From Octopus sinensis (Eukaryota), in NCBI RefSeq assembly GCF_006345805.1, contig NC_043009.1, positions 26,846,001 through 26,910,000 on the forward strand: DNA of 64,000 nt, in the 5' to 3' direction. Position numbers and translations under genes: made by a program. The notes under the pieces are model-generated. The model was not told the DNA's origin, ran no database searches, and saw nothing but the letters and a program-made list of their open reading frames with translations. Each line of letters opens with the position of its first letter. Positions within the stretch are counted from its first letter, which is position 1. Positions 49,885 to 63,400 of the stretch are shown here, piece by piece.

Positions 49885-50396
49885 TCTATATATATAAAAC
49901 TGTAGTTGTGTGAGTGTCTGTCCCCTTCGATTTAGATTCCTAACTACTCCCACATTTTGCGGTGCAGTTTAACCAAATTCGGGTATCTTATAGTTGTGAT
50001 TCATATCGAGTCCGTCTGAGTATTAGCGCGCATCTACGATGAGTCTACGATTTTAAAAATAATTTAACATCATTTTTTATTCCATTTTAATGCATAATTT
50101 TTCATGTGTCGATGGCGGCGGAGTTGGCGTCCACGCTCAAACACCTGCACCTGTTTGCTTCTCCCCCTTCTTCCCTCCCTCGTGAAGCTGTGGGGAAGGG
50201 AGTGTAAAGAAATCAACGTCGTAAAGCGTTGTCAAGGAGACCAGCGTTCTTTTAGAACGACTTCATGGCTTGAAGACACCAAAACAGAAATGGCTAAGAA
50301 AGCCCGAATTGGCATCTATAAGGGAAGTAACTCTCTAAAAATGCTTATATAGTTATTTCCCTTACAAACCCGAGCAACGCCGGGCGATACTGCTAG
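49885..50396 (+). mobile_element. Non-autonomous Helitron (512 bp) with a distinct internal segment
   Basis: Same termini; 50100-50315 is absent from the two neighbours. Confidence 0.92.
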
Positions 50397-52917
50397 TATA
50401 GAATAAACCCATAAAGTAGTCTCTTTCCGTTATATTTTAAGCTCTCTTTTTACTATTTATTCTTTATTTCTTTTTTTGTTTTTATTGAAGTTCCTTTTCT
50501 TACTTTTTCTTTCTTAAGCTGTCTCTTTTTCTCGGCGTTTCTCTACCTCAGGATTTAGAGGAAATTTAGCAATAAATAATAAAAGACCAACTGTTTTCTG
50601 GGCAGTTATCTTGACTGCAACCCAAGCACATGGTAATTGTGACAATATAAGAAATAATTGTGAGTCTTTGAACAGAAATCTGATAACCTTTATTGCCTCA
50701 ATCAGCTTTAACACACATCTTTAAGGATTGCTCTTTGTTGTCAAGGCAGCTGGTGGCACAATTGGTAAAGCATTGCATAAAGTATCTTGTGAGATTTGAT
50801 AATGTTTGCATTCTGAGTTCAAATCCTTCAGATTTATTTTTGCCTTTCACCCTGCCAAGGTCAGTAAAATGAGCCTCAATCAAGTGCTGTTATTGATATA
50901 ATCAACACTAGGTGATTAATATCTACTGGTATTGATTGTGTCAATAACCAATAAATCGATATAATCACATGGTGTTGATATGAATGAAGCCAATAAGATA
51001 ATTTAAAAAATTGATATTAGTCCTTTCGTGACTATATTTTTGCAAAAATACACTGTCCCATGTGTTTTAGTTAAATTTTAAATTGATCAAAAAATTAGGA
51101 GAGATTTAGTAAAATCGAATGACTTTGTCATTATTAAAATAGTTGCTGAACAAAATGGTTCTTATTTAAGATTATGATCAAAAGTTAAAATTTGAACATG
51201 AATGCTAAAATGACAATTTTGTATCGTACAACCTGGTTTGTTTCTATTGGGCTGATCATCATCATCAACATTGTTTAATGTTTGTCTTTCATGCTGGCAT
51301 GACTTGGATGGTTTGACAAGAGCTGGCAAGGCTGGAGAGCTGTTACAGGCTCTAACTGTCTGTTTTGACACGGTTGCTATGGTTGGATGCCATTCCTAAT
51401 CCCAACCACTTTACAGAGTGTACTGAGTGCTCTTTATTTGGCACCAGAATGGGTGCTTGAGATAGTAACTATTCATCCTTTGTTTTATTGATGAGTTGTT
51501 CAGTATGTGACCATTGTATGCTGTCACACAAGGTCTACATCTGAGTGTTGGATACAACAAAACAACTCAACCGTGCTATGAACACATTCACCATTACATC
51601 ACCATCATCATCATTTAACATCTTCTTTCAATTACAACCATGTCTAAGTGTAATGTGATGGCAATTGAACTCTCACTGATTCTCTCCACAAAACTACAAC
51701 ATAGATACTATAATGCAGTGATATGGCAGATTTAATAAAGCAGTAGATAGAATGCCTTGTGGTATTTAATGTAAATCCCTGCTTCTGAGTTCAAATTCTG
51801 TCAAGACTGATAAAGAATCAATCCAAGATGGTGGATTGATGGAACTGTAAGAATTTCAGACCAGGTACCTTGGTACCTTGTGATGTTTGTCTCAGCTCTT
51901 TGCATTCTGAGGCTACTTCTTACCATGATCACCATTACCTAGTTTAACACCTTCACTAGGTACATTGAATGATTACAGTTAAGTTCACTGCCATCAATTA
52001 ACTGTGAAGAAAGTTCACCACAAGGAAAGTTTACTGAGAAAATATGTTATAGTATCTCACCATTAATAATTAAAAACTTCTTCCTTTCCATTAGTCTTGG
52101 AGGCCCTGTAAAGGTCATGGCACTGCCTTCTCTTCTGACTAAAAAATATAACAAAGAGGAGGCACAGTTCACTACAATAAATAGCAATAATACTGTAAAT
52201 GTGACGAGTATGTCATTAGATTGTAGTTGTGGATAGACCCAAATGTTTTAACCCTTCATCATTCAGACTATTCTGTCAAATGTAATGCTTTTTTATTCAC
52301 GGCACGTGAAGAAACATTCAAGCGAGTTTGTTGCCAGTGCTGCTGGACTGGCTCCTGTGCAGGTGGCATGTAAAAAACACCATTTGAGCATGGCCGTTGC
52401 CAGTACCACCTAACTGGCCCTCGTGCCGGTGGCATGTAAAAGCACCCACTACACTCCTGGAGTGGTTGGCGTTAGGAAGGGCATCCAGCAGTAAAAACAC
52501 TGCTAGATCAGACTGGAGCCTGTTGCAGCCATCTGGTTTGCCAGTCCTCAGTCAAATCATCCAACCTATGCTAGCATGGAAAGCGGACGTTAAATGATGA
52601 TGATGATGATGATTCATTTTAATTTGTCATGCATTATCATGTAGTTATGAGATTTTGATGAGTTAACTGTTAATTTTTGAAATGATATTGTAGGGTTGAT
52701 GAGAGAGTTTGGACATAAAACAGGCAGAATGCTTGGACCTGATATGGTCAGTTTAAATGCAAAAAAGTTAAATGAACAACAGGAAACAACAAACAAACAA
52801 AAAAAACCTGGAATTCTTAGTTTTCTAAGAAAATGAAATCCCTAATTAAGAGCTGACAGTAAGTATTTTTTTCTCTCATTTTTTTTTCTATTAAATTTTT
52901 TTTACCTATTTTTACAG

Positions 52918-53021
52918 TTCAATTTGGTTTGTGATAAACGGAAGTTTGTCAGTAATATTAAAGCAGTCTTTTTGGGTGGCCGGATCTTTGGTTGTGGTCT
53001 CTTTGGCCAGCTTTCTGACAG
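52918..53021 (+). CDS. SLC22: SLC22 exon 2 (104 nt): FNLVCDKRK...FGQLSDR
   Basis: Polypyrimidine tract + tttacag acceptor; (W/F)xLVC motif and G-x-LSDR MFS motif A; donor AG|GTAACT; frame continuous with exon 1. Confidence 0.93.
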
Positions 53022-53095
53022 GTAACTCATTATTTTATTTGAAATATATATGTGTGTGTGTGTGTATGTGTGTGTGTGTTGTGTGTGTGTATGTG

Positions 53096-53142
<47 letters not shown>

Positions 53143-53772
53143 TGTGTGTGTACATACAGGTACAGGTGTGGCCATGTGGTTAAAAGTTTGCTTCCCAACC
53201 ATGAGGTTTCAGGTTCAGTCCTGTGGCATAACATCTTGGCCAAGTATCTTCTATTATCGCCCCAGGTTGAGCAAAGCCTTATGAGTGGATTTGCTTCATG
53301 GAAACTGAAAAACAGCCTGTTGTGTGTGTGTGTATGTGCATATACACACACTCATATATATATATAGACCCATCTCTAACTGTGGAGCTAATGTGTGGAA
53401 GAGGTTGAGCTAGGAAGATGTAGGACAAGATCGTGTAGTATGGTCTTTGGTTGTTGAGTCTCATGGAGGTGATGACAAGTGACCAAGACCTTTGGTGATT
53501 TGCTGTGCTTGAGTAAACATGTCAAGCTAAGTGAAATCGTAGCTATGACCAGTGCTTGTAACATGTAAAGGGCACCCATGTTGGTACTGCATAAAAGGCA
53601 CATGTGCTGCTGACCTGTAAAAGGCATTTATGCTCTATGGAGTGGTTGACATTAGGAAGGGCATCCAGCTGTAGAAACCAAACCAAGACAGACTGGATCC
53701 TGGTGCAACTCTCTGGCTTGCCAGTTCCAGTCAAACCATTTAAACCATGCTTGCTTGGAGAGTGGATGCTAA

Positions 53773-53804
<32 letters not shown>

Positions 53805-54245
53805 ATAGTATGTGTGTGTGTGTGTTTGTGCCTCCTTGTCGGTCAGCACAATAGCAGTGGCTAGGAAGGCCTACCCATTGAGAGATGGGTAGAATATGTT
53901 CATAAATCTTCTCTTTGGCTTTATGTTCATACCATTTGTGTTATATTTTTAGCCTTCATTAGATTATCTGGTGTATGTTCCATGAAAGCAATCTTGAAGC
54001 AGCTCCTTCATGGTTTAGGTTTCAACTAGGAAGTTCTCTACACATGCCCTGAAGACAAGTTAATCAACCATTCCTACTTCCTCTACAAAATTTGACCTTG
54101 AAATCAATTTAGGCCTTTTTAACTAACAAGAAAAATCAGTCTTGAAACAATAAATTTTTCTTTTGAAGTTTTTCTTTTTCCGTTTCTTTCTTCATTTCTT
54201 TTTCTCTTTTTCTCTGATATTCTATTCCCTCTTCTTTTTTTGCAG

Positions 54246-54400
54246 ATTTGGACGTAGATTTGGATTTTTCATGTCCCTCTTCTGTGTTCTGGTCACCGGT
54301 TGCTTAGTGTCCTTATCAAACAATGTATGGATGTTCATTGTATTATATTTCCTCCAAGGTGTCTCTCAAGCTGGCATCTATGCCTGTGGATTCATCATAG
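54246..54400 (+). CDS. SLC22: SLC22 exon 3 (155 nt): (R)FGRRFGFFMSL...GIYACGFII
   Basis: tttttgcag acceptor; completes the DRFGRR motif; donor G|GTAGGT; phases 2/1 match neighbouring exons. Confidence 0.92.
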
Positions 54401-57169
54401 GTAGGTTCTAACTTTCTCTATCCTTACTGCTTCTATAAATATGTCATGCAATGTCACATGTGTGTCTTGTAAATATCTTCCTAGCTCTGAAGAGGCTTTT
54501 AACGATGGTGCTAAATCCTGGCTTTCTGGTGTCAAGCATATAAGAAACACATTTCTTCCTTTATTCTTTTATCATTCAGATTACGCTGACAAGTATAATA
54601 CTCATTCATTTACATTGTTTTGAATTATTTCTGTATTATCTCGTAGTTTTGAGATTTCATTGATGTGAATGTAAGTTTTTAAAATGACATTGTAGGTGTA
54701 GAGGCCAGATCTAACCAGTTTGAACATAAAATGGGTAGAATATATATATATATATATATATACACACACTCGGGCCTATTCCCCTTTTTTTAGGAGTGGG
54801 TAGCCACAACAAGACCAAACCATGTATTCCATTCATTTCTCAGCTCAAAGAGGCGAGCCCTGTCCTATGCTCGGGTCGAGGCATAGAATGCAACCCTCGA
54901 TATCAGCAGCAGGGCCCAACAGCATATGCTGGTTCTACTTCTGCTGGATCATGATGGTTCCGTACCCTTTTGAGCAACATCAATTCACTCATCCATCTAC
55001 AAAAAACTCTCCAAGCTTTCCTATCATTTATAAACTCTCTTGCTTCTCTCACTCCAACACCTCTAAGCACCAAAGTTGGCAGGATATGGCCAGTTTAAAT
55101 GCAAAGGGTCATCATTCTATCCTTTATAAGGTAGCATTTATAGATAATTTGTTGCTTGTTCCAGATCCTTTGAAGTGAGGCATATAGAATTAAGCATACT
55201 AGCTAAATACACATACACTGAATGCTTACAGTAGTTTTGAGCTTAACTTTGGAATGGTCATGGATGGAATAGCTTTAATTATATAAATCAAGACTGATTT
55301 AGGTCTAAATAGCAACAACAACTGCAACAACAGCAACAACAACAGTCAGTGGAGGCGCAATGGCCCAGTGGTTAGGGCAGTGGACTCGCGGTCGTAAGAA
55401 CGCAGTTTCGATTCCCAGACCGGGCATTGTGAGTGTTTATTAAGCAAAAACACCTAAGCTCCATGAGACTCCAGCGGGGGGAGGTGGTGAACCCCACTGT
55501 ACTCTTTCACCACAACTTTCACTCTTTCTTCCTACTTCTTCCACAAAGCAGAGGAACCATGGTGTAACCCACTATGGTGTGGTAAACTTTCAGACCTTAG
55601 GCTATATTGCAAATCCTCTGTACCCCAGGATGGTTCAGCTCTCCACCTGTTAAAAGCCACTGTTTTCAGAATGAGGATAACAACGTAGTTTTCACACCTG
55701 TGCAACTGCCAGTCTATCGAGTGTGGTGGGTGGATCTTCAAGTTGCTGCATGCATTCTTAGTAGCTTAGAGTAGGCTCAAATTAGAGATTATTCTTTGTG
55801 GCTAATGGTGTGAGTCCTGACTGAAAGAAGAAGACAACAACAGCCATACTTTTGATATAACCTTACTCAAGTTCTTTCATTCCAAAGGTTTATAGTCATG
55901 ATGTTATTAAGCTGACCTATTCCACAGTTGTGGTTCCTGGAGGAGAGCTGCTCCTCTAGACATATGTCACACAGGTCCACTGGTGTGTGGACATGCCCTG
56001 GTGTCACATGACCCAATTCCTTTGCCATAGAGTTAAATGGACCCTGTATTTCCAGGATTAAATTGGGAGAGAAGGAAACTAACAGAGTAAGCTGTTAAAG
56101 AAAAATAAATGACAGAAGGCAACTAAGAACATCCACCATTTCTTCGTCAATTCAAGAATCTTCAGACTTTGGTGTGATGGTCTATGATTGCTGATGCCAT
56201 TTGGCATGGCACATGAAGAGAGAGAGAAAAAGATTCCTCAGTTACTATCATACCATTTTACAATACACTAAAACAGTCATAGTATTTCACACTAAAACCG
56301 TCTACTGTTCCTCATCTCCAAGACAGTTCCATATCACTGCCACAGTAACACAGAAACATACAAAAACCACCTAATACCACAGCCATAGTAGCAATGAAGG
56401 AACCTCTATGCAGCCACTCAAACTGCTAGAAATAGCAACCAAAGATCCTTCAAATCACAAGGACATATTGGACAGTTTATTCCTAGGCCTTTTCAAGATC
56501 ACTGCTGGAATGCTTTGATCATTGGACCATTCTTTCAGGATTGACTCAGGGCTAATCAACAATAATATATGACAGACATACTTCACTGTACCAAACTTTG
56601 CTCTACTATCAACTCACTTTATCAATACTATAATGGATTCGCTCTCTCCCTCTCTCTCTCTTGCTGATTTTAACAAGTGTGTGTGTGTGTGCAGTTGTTT
56701 CATCAACTGGACAGCCTACACATTGAATTAGCATGAATATAGTTGAGTATTCTATAGACTCTGAGTAGCAAGGATGGATCTTTGTATTAAAGACACAGCC
56801 CGGTTAACAGGCTTCTACATAGTTTCCATCTACTTAGATTCATTCACTAAGCTTTAGGTTGATCCAAGGCTGTGATAAAGGCACTTACCAATGTTACCAT
56901 GCAGTGGGATTGAACTGAAGACCACATGATTGTGTAGCAAACTTCTTAGCCACTCAACCAAGCCTGCATTACCATACAATATCATGCTCCATCGGAGTGT
57001 AACATAGTTCATCAGAGCATAGAATTTTTTTCCCAAATTTTGGCCACCCAACATCATTCTAACAACACCGTAATCCCACCATTCCATACCACTAGACACC
57101 ACCACTAGACATATATCATAGCATAGTGTACAACTACCACAGCACCATCATGAATTTACCATTTCACCA

Positions 57170-58075
57170 CCAGCAGCAGCACTACCACCATTACTGCCAT
57201 CACCATCACCACTACCATCGCCGCCACCACCACCACCGCCGCCGCCGCCACCACCACCACTGCTACCATTACCACTACAGCCACTACCACCACCACTGCC
57301 ACCACCACCACTTCCACTGCCACCATCACCACCACTGCCACCACCACCACTTCCACTACCACCACCACCACTGCCACCACCACCACCACTGCCACCACCA
57401 CCACCACCATCACTTCCACTGCCACCACCACCACCACCACCACTACCGTCAATATTAATACCTTTCATGTCTCTCTCTTTCTACAGTAATGGAAATTATC
57501 GGACCGAAGTACCGTATGATGTTTGGTTTCATTCTTCACTGTGTGTTCAGCGTTGCAGCCATACTTTTAGCTGCTCTCAGCTATTTTGTACGCGACTGGC
57601 ACCATCTGGTTTTGATCATCAGTTTGATCTGCCTCCTCTTCGTACCCTATTGGTGGTAAGGTTTACAGCATATTACATTGTAACCGAGTTAGTTCATGAT
57701 ACCTACTGACCATCTGCCTGTCTGTCTGTCTGTCTACAGTTTAAACCTGTGACTTTGTCAGTCTGTCAGATGTTTGTCTCTCTGTCTGTGACTGTCTATC
57801 TCTGTCAGTTTGTCTGTCCGACTGTGATTGTCTGTCAGTCTGTCTGCCTACCTATCTGTGTAACAGTCTGTTTGACAGTCTGTCTGACTGCTTGTCTGTC
57901 TGTCTGTCTATTTGTCTGTTTGCCTGTCTGTCAGCCTGCCTGTCTTTGTCTATCAGTTTCTTTGTCAGCCTGTCTAACTGACTGTCTATCAAGTTGTCTG
58001 TCTGCCTGCCTGTCTGTCAGTTTGTCTGCCTGTCTAATTGTGATTTGTTTATCAGTCTCTCAGTCTGTCTATCAC
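57170..58075. repeat. (CAC)n-type tract before and (TCTG)n-type tract after SLC22 exon 4
   Basis: 57170-57445 and 57710-58075; source of the poly-His/Gly/Val ORFs. Confidence 0.93.
57487..57655 (+). CDS. SLC22: SLC22 exon 4 (169 nt): (V)MEIIGPKYR...VRDWHHL...PYW
   Basis: ctctttctacag acceptor; E-x-x-G-P-x-x-R and RDW motifs; donor TG|GTAAGG. Confidence 0.93.
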
Positions 58076-58080
58076 TATCA

Positions 58081-58365
58081 CAGTGGTTCCCAAACTTATT
58101 CGGGCTGCCACACCCTTGACACCAAGGTCACGTTCCTAGCCCCTCCCCCGCCCCAACTAACCACCTCAAACATGGGGCTCTTTCCAAAGCAAACTCAAAT
58201 TAACTGTAGTTCACAATATATTGTTTTTACATGAATTGCCACCCCATTACCACCCCACTTTCTACATGAATCACTACCCCATTATTACTCCACTTTTCTT
58301 CAACATCCCTTTGGAATTTCCACCACCTCCGGGGGGAGCAAAACAGCCCACTTTGGGAACCACTG
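58081..58365. mobile_element. hAT-type MITE in SLC22 intron 4
   Basis: TIR CAGTGGTTCCCAAA; TSD 6/8 match (xxCTATCA). Confidence 0.8.
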
Positions 58366-58718
58366 ATCTATCACTCTGTCTGCCTGCTTGTTTACCTGTG
58401 GCTAGTCAAGTGCTGAAGTTGATGCAGTCAACTTACCCTCTCCCCTAAAATTGCTGGCCTTGTGCCAAAATTTGAAACCCTTATGAAATAGATTGATGAA
58501 TTTGCTTGGAGATGCTTCATTAATTAAGACTTACATATTTCTCAATACATTTGCATTTGTGTTCTGAGTTGTTGGCAATTAAACTGTACAATATGCCATT
58601 CATTTTTTTCTACCTTATTCCATACCTTTTTCTGTTTAATATAAATTTCCTAATCTCAAATTCCGTTGAATAATGGATTAACCTAAGTATTTTGAGTATT
58701 TTGAACATTTTTATTTAG

Positions 58719-58940
58719 GTTTCTTCCTGAATCTGTCCGTTGGTTGATGACCAGAAAAAAATTCCTCCAGGTTAACCGAATCATGAAGCGGATTGCTAAA
58801 TTAAACAAATGTACCCTTCCAGAAGAGTTCATGACGAAAATAAAGGAATCTGATGTTGGAAGCACCAAAACATATACCATTGTTCATCTCATAAATACAT
58901 GGACCATGTGCAAGACTTCACTGAATATTTGGTTTGCTTG
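58719..58940 (+). CDS. SLC22: SLC22 exon 5 (222 nt): (W)FLPESVRWL...NIWFAW
   Basis: ttttatttag acceptor; PESxRWL signature and central loop; donor TG|GTGAGT. Confidence 0.93.
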
Positions 58941-59448
58941 GTGAGTAGAAAACTAGGCAGAATGTTGGGGTCTGCTTTATTAATTTTCGTTTTATTTGAC
59001 CGATTTTTTTTTTTTTGGTTTACCTTAAAACTTAATCTCAGTTTGGAAAAAAGGTTAAACAAAGGTATGTGCATGGTTGTGTGTGGTTAAGAAGTTTGCT
59101 TCCCAGCCACCTGGTTTTGGGTTCCGTTCCATTGTGAGGCACCTTGGGCAAGTGTCTTCTACTACAGCCCTGGGCTGACCAACGTCTTCCAAATGGATTT
59201 GGTAGACAAAAGCTAAAGAAGCTTGTTGGGTGTACATGTGTGTGTGTGTGTATGTATGTATGTGTGTGTATATATATATATATATATATGGTTGGCATTA
59301 GGGAAGGGCATCCAACCATAAAAACCATGGCAAAATGGACATTGGAGCTTCGTGCAGTCCTCTGGCTTGCCAGCTCCTGTCAAATCCATGCCAGCATAGC
59401 AGATGGACATTAAATGATGATGATGATGATGGTGATATATATATGATG

Positions 59449-59517
<69 letters not shown>

Positions 59518-59578
59518 GATGATGATATTATATATATATATGTATATATATATATATGTATATATAATATGATGATGA

Positions 59579-59640
<62 letters not shown>

Positions 59641-60233
59641 CACACATATATCAAATGTCTATCTATCACCAGCAGCAGCACTACCACCACTACTGCCACC
59701 ATCATCAATGTTTGTGTGTGTGTGTGTGTGTGTGCGCATGTGTGTGCAAATGTATTTTGTGCAGGTGAATTTGTATTACTCCACCTCCTGATGTATGTTT
59801 GCTGATTGTAAACAAATGGCTCATTCAGAAGGTGTCATTTGTTTCCAGTTCTTCACATAGTCATGTCTGGGCTGTTCATTGCTTGAAAAACTGGGGCATT
59901 ATTGCCTTGCTTGGAAATGGGGATTATTGCTTTGCTTGATATCATGAAGGGCATCAAGCTATGGAAGATTCTGTTCCGATGTATTGCAAGTCTTGGAGCC
60001 AACCTGGGATTCACGTCCACTACTACAACGACGGCCACCACCACAACTGCCATGACGACCACAATGAAAATGATGATGGCTATGACGACAATGACCACCA
60101 TCACCATGACAAAGATGACGACGATAATGAGAACATCTGTGATGATGACCACCACCACTGCCACCAACAACAACATAACATACCATTTTTTAAATGAATA
60201 ATACAATTTACTCTGTTTTCTTTTTTTTTCCAG

Positions 60234-60448
60234 GCTTGTCAATGGCTTGCTCTATTATGGATTGTCAATAAACTCTGTGAATTTTGCTGGCAATACTTAC
60301 TTGAACTTCAGTTTGTCTGCTCTTGTGGAAATACCAGCTTATCTCTTGTGCATTCCCATGTTATCAAAACTGGGAAGGAAGAGAATTCTGTGTTTCTTCA
60401 TGTTCCTCGGTGGCATCACATGCATAGCCAGCAGTCTTATGCCTCCAT
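60234..60448 (+). CDS. SLC22: SLC22 exon 6 (215 nt): (W)LVNGLLYYGLS...VEIPAY...LGRKR
   Basis: Long T tract + ccag acceptor; YYGLS, VEIPA and GRK motifs; donor T|GTAAGT. No further exon found before the window end. Confidence 0.93.
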
Positions 60449-61676
60449 GTAAGTCATTGTTGATTTGTAAATCTATCTTTCTCTTATTGTCTCTGCATCT
60501 CTTCTCTCTCTCTCTCTCTTTTTCTCTCTCTCTCTCCCTTCCTTCTTCTTTGCCTTGAGACTGACTTCAGGCTAAACAACGACAACAAAAAATTTTCAGA
60601 AAATTTTCGCAAATTTGTATTCTACACACGGGGGAAATTTATATGATTATGCGAAAACAAAAAATCGGTGCGTGATTTAAGGCCTATTTAGCTATTATTT
60701 TTAGCACATCTCACGACCACCTCATTCCTCATGTGTTTTAAGTATTTAATAAGTGAGAAATGACCACGTGGTTAAACAGCTTGGTAACAGCTTGGCTTGT
60801 TACTATTGAAGCAGGCACCTATCTGTTTGTGGCTTTCGATTGGCCAAAATAACCCAAAATTTGCAAACTTTAAAAGCTATTAACTCTTTATTTATTTATA
60901 AGTACTAGGCTTACAAAAAATAAGTTCTAGGATCGATTTGCTTGATGAAAGACGGTGCTCCAGCATGGCTGCAGTCAAATGACTGAAACAAGTAAAAGAA
61001 TAAAAGAATCTCTGTCTCTCTCTCTCCCTTCCTTCTTTCTCTACCTCAAGACTGACTTCAGGCTAAACAATGACAACAAAAGATATAACTAGATGGTTGA
61101 AAGTATATTTCTGATAACTGCTTATTACTTTTAAAAGTAAAAATTTTTCGTGCTTTTATATACCAAAAAAATTCCACTTAAATATATGTATATTCACTCA
61201 GGTTCTTGATTTGTTTGGTTTAATGGCAGATAAGAATGGACTTTGAATATACTGCATCAACAATAACGCAAAAATGTGCACCTAACAGTGTCCAGTTGAT
61301 GCAGTGGAAACACCATAGGTCCATGAAAGAATGCTGTAAATAAGTGTAAATAACTGCTTTATAAAATTATAGACGTGGAAAATCCCCATTCTCTTGACCA
61401 TCATTTATACTATTAATACTCATCACCATCATCATCATTGTTTAACGGCAACCTTCCATGCTGGCTTGGGTTGGATGGTCTGACTGAGGACTGGCAAGCC
61501 AGGAGGCTGCACCAGGTTCCAATCTGATCTGGCAAAGTTTCTACAGCTTGATGCCCTTCTTAATGCCAACCACTCCAAGAGTGTAGTGGGTGCCTTTTAT
61601 GTGCCACCAGCATGGGAACCAGTCTGGTGGGACTGGCATTGATCATGCTCGAATGCTACTGTTTACGTGCCACAGG

Positions 61677-61731
<55 letters not shown>

Positions 61732-61735
<4 letters not shown>

Positions 61736-62923
61736 TAAGCAGCAAGAGGTACTCAGCACACACCCCCTCAGGTAGGTGGCCCTGCTCAACCTGTAGGAAA
61801 GGTACAGGTAGAAACTCCATAAGATGCACCCAATGTAAGTTATGGACACATAAGAGGTGCAGCAACATTAAAGGGAAATTAACAGATAAGATAGCTTTCA
61901 TGTGCGGCAGATGCACAGGGACAATAGACACAACAGACACTCAGAAAACAGATTCCATCACACACCAGGGAGAGAAACTAGAAGTAGTTGATAGTTTCCG
62001 CTACCTGGGTGACCAAGTTAGTAGCGGAGGTGGATGCACAGAGAGTATCACCACTAGAATACAAATAGCCTGGGCAAAGTTCAGAAAGCTCCTACCCCTA
62101 CTGGCAACAAAAGGTCTCTCCCTCAGAGCAAAAGGTAGATTGTATGATGCATGTGTGCGAACTGCCATGCTTCACGGTAATGAAACATGGGCTGTGACTG
62201 CAGAAGACATGCGTAGACTTGAAAGAAATGAAGCTAGCATGATCCGCTGGATGTGTAGTGTCAGTGTGCACGCAAGACAGAGTGTAAGCATCCTGAGAGA
62301 AATGCTGGATATAAGAAGCATCAGATGTGGTGTGCAAGAGCGACGCTTGCGATGGTATGGTCATGTGCTGCGGATGGAAGAAGAGAGATGTGTGAAGAAG
62401 TGCCACTCCCAAACAGTTGAAGGTATCAGGGGGAGAGGTAGACCCAGGAAGACATGGGATGAGGTAGTCAAGCATGACCTCAGAGCATTGGGCCTCACTG
62501 AGGCAATGGCGAAGGACCGAGATCTCTGGAGATATGCTGTGACTACAAAGACCCGGGCTGCTTTCTGCAGCAATTCCACATACCCCCTACCCATTCAAGT
62601 ACCCGGATCCCAAAGTACCCTGGATCCCCAAAGTACCCCGATCCCCAAAGTACCCCGGACCTCGTTGCCCCCGTGCTGCTGACACGTTAAAAGCTCGAAC
62701 CGATTGTGACCGATGCCGGACCCTCCGGCCCCTGTGCAGGTGGCACGTAAAAAGCACCCAATCCACTCACGGAGTGGTTGGCGTTAGGAAGGGCATCCAG
62801 CCGTAGAAACTCTGCCAGATTCAGACTGGAGCCTGGAGCGGCCCCTGGCTTCCCAGACCCGGTCGAACCGTCCAACCCGTGCTAGCGCGGAAAGCGGACG
62901 TTAAACGATGATGATGATGATGA

Positions 62924-62927
<4 letters not shown>
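61732..62927 (+). mobile_element. 5'-truncated RTE-clade LINE in (TA)n (SLC22 intron 6)
   Basis: PHD-like Cys cluster, then FRYLGD, AW.KF..L, ETW, RLRWYGHV.RM and RGRPRKTW; 3' UTR ending (GAT)n; flanked by (TA)n on both sides. Confidence 0.92.
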
Positions 62928-62954
<27 letters not shown>

Positions 62955-62959
<5 letters not shown>

Positions 62960-63161
62960 TCTTTTACTTGTTTCAGTCATTTGACTGCAGCCATGCTGGA
63001 GCACCATCTTCCGTCAAACAAATCGTCCCCAGGACTTATTTTTTGTAAGCCCAGTACTTATTCTATCAATCTGTTTTGCCAAACTGCTAAGTTATGGGGA
63101 CATAAACACACCAGCATTGGTTGCCAAGTGATGTTGGGGGAGCAAACACAGACACACAAAC

Positions 63162-63235
<74 letters not shown>

Positions 63236-63400
63236 GACAGGCTTCCTTTAATTTCTGTCTACCAAATCCACTCACAAGGCTTTGGTTAGCCCAAGGCTAT
63301 AGTAGAAGACATTTGCCCAAGGTGCCATGCATTTGGACTGAACCCAGAACCATGTGGTTGGTAAGCAAACTACTTACCACACAGCCACTCCTGCGCCTAT
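62955..63400 (-). mobile_element. tRNA-derived SINE family A (intronic)
   Basis: Reverse-complement match to other copies. Confidence 0.88.

Noticed and set aside
50698-50883. ORF with CFTNC...C spacing reminiscent of small Tim proteins
   Set aside because: Antisense within an SLC22 intron, overlaps a SINE head and lacks the second CX3C.
54480-54545. CTGAAGAGGC...GCTAAA as a hammerhead
   Set aside because: G12 is missing and helices are weak; at most a very old remnant.
57126-57468. Poly-His/Gly/Val ORFs, and the many YIYI/HTHT/CVCV ORFs elsewhere
   Set aside because: Translations of microsatellites.
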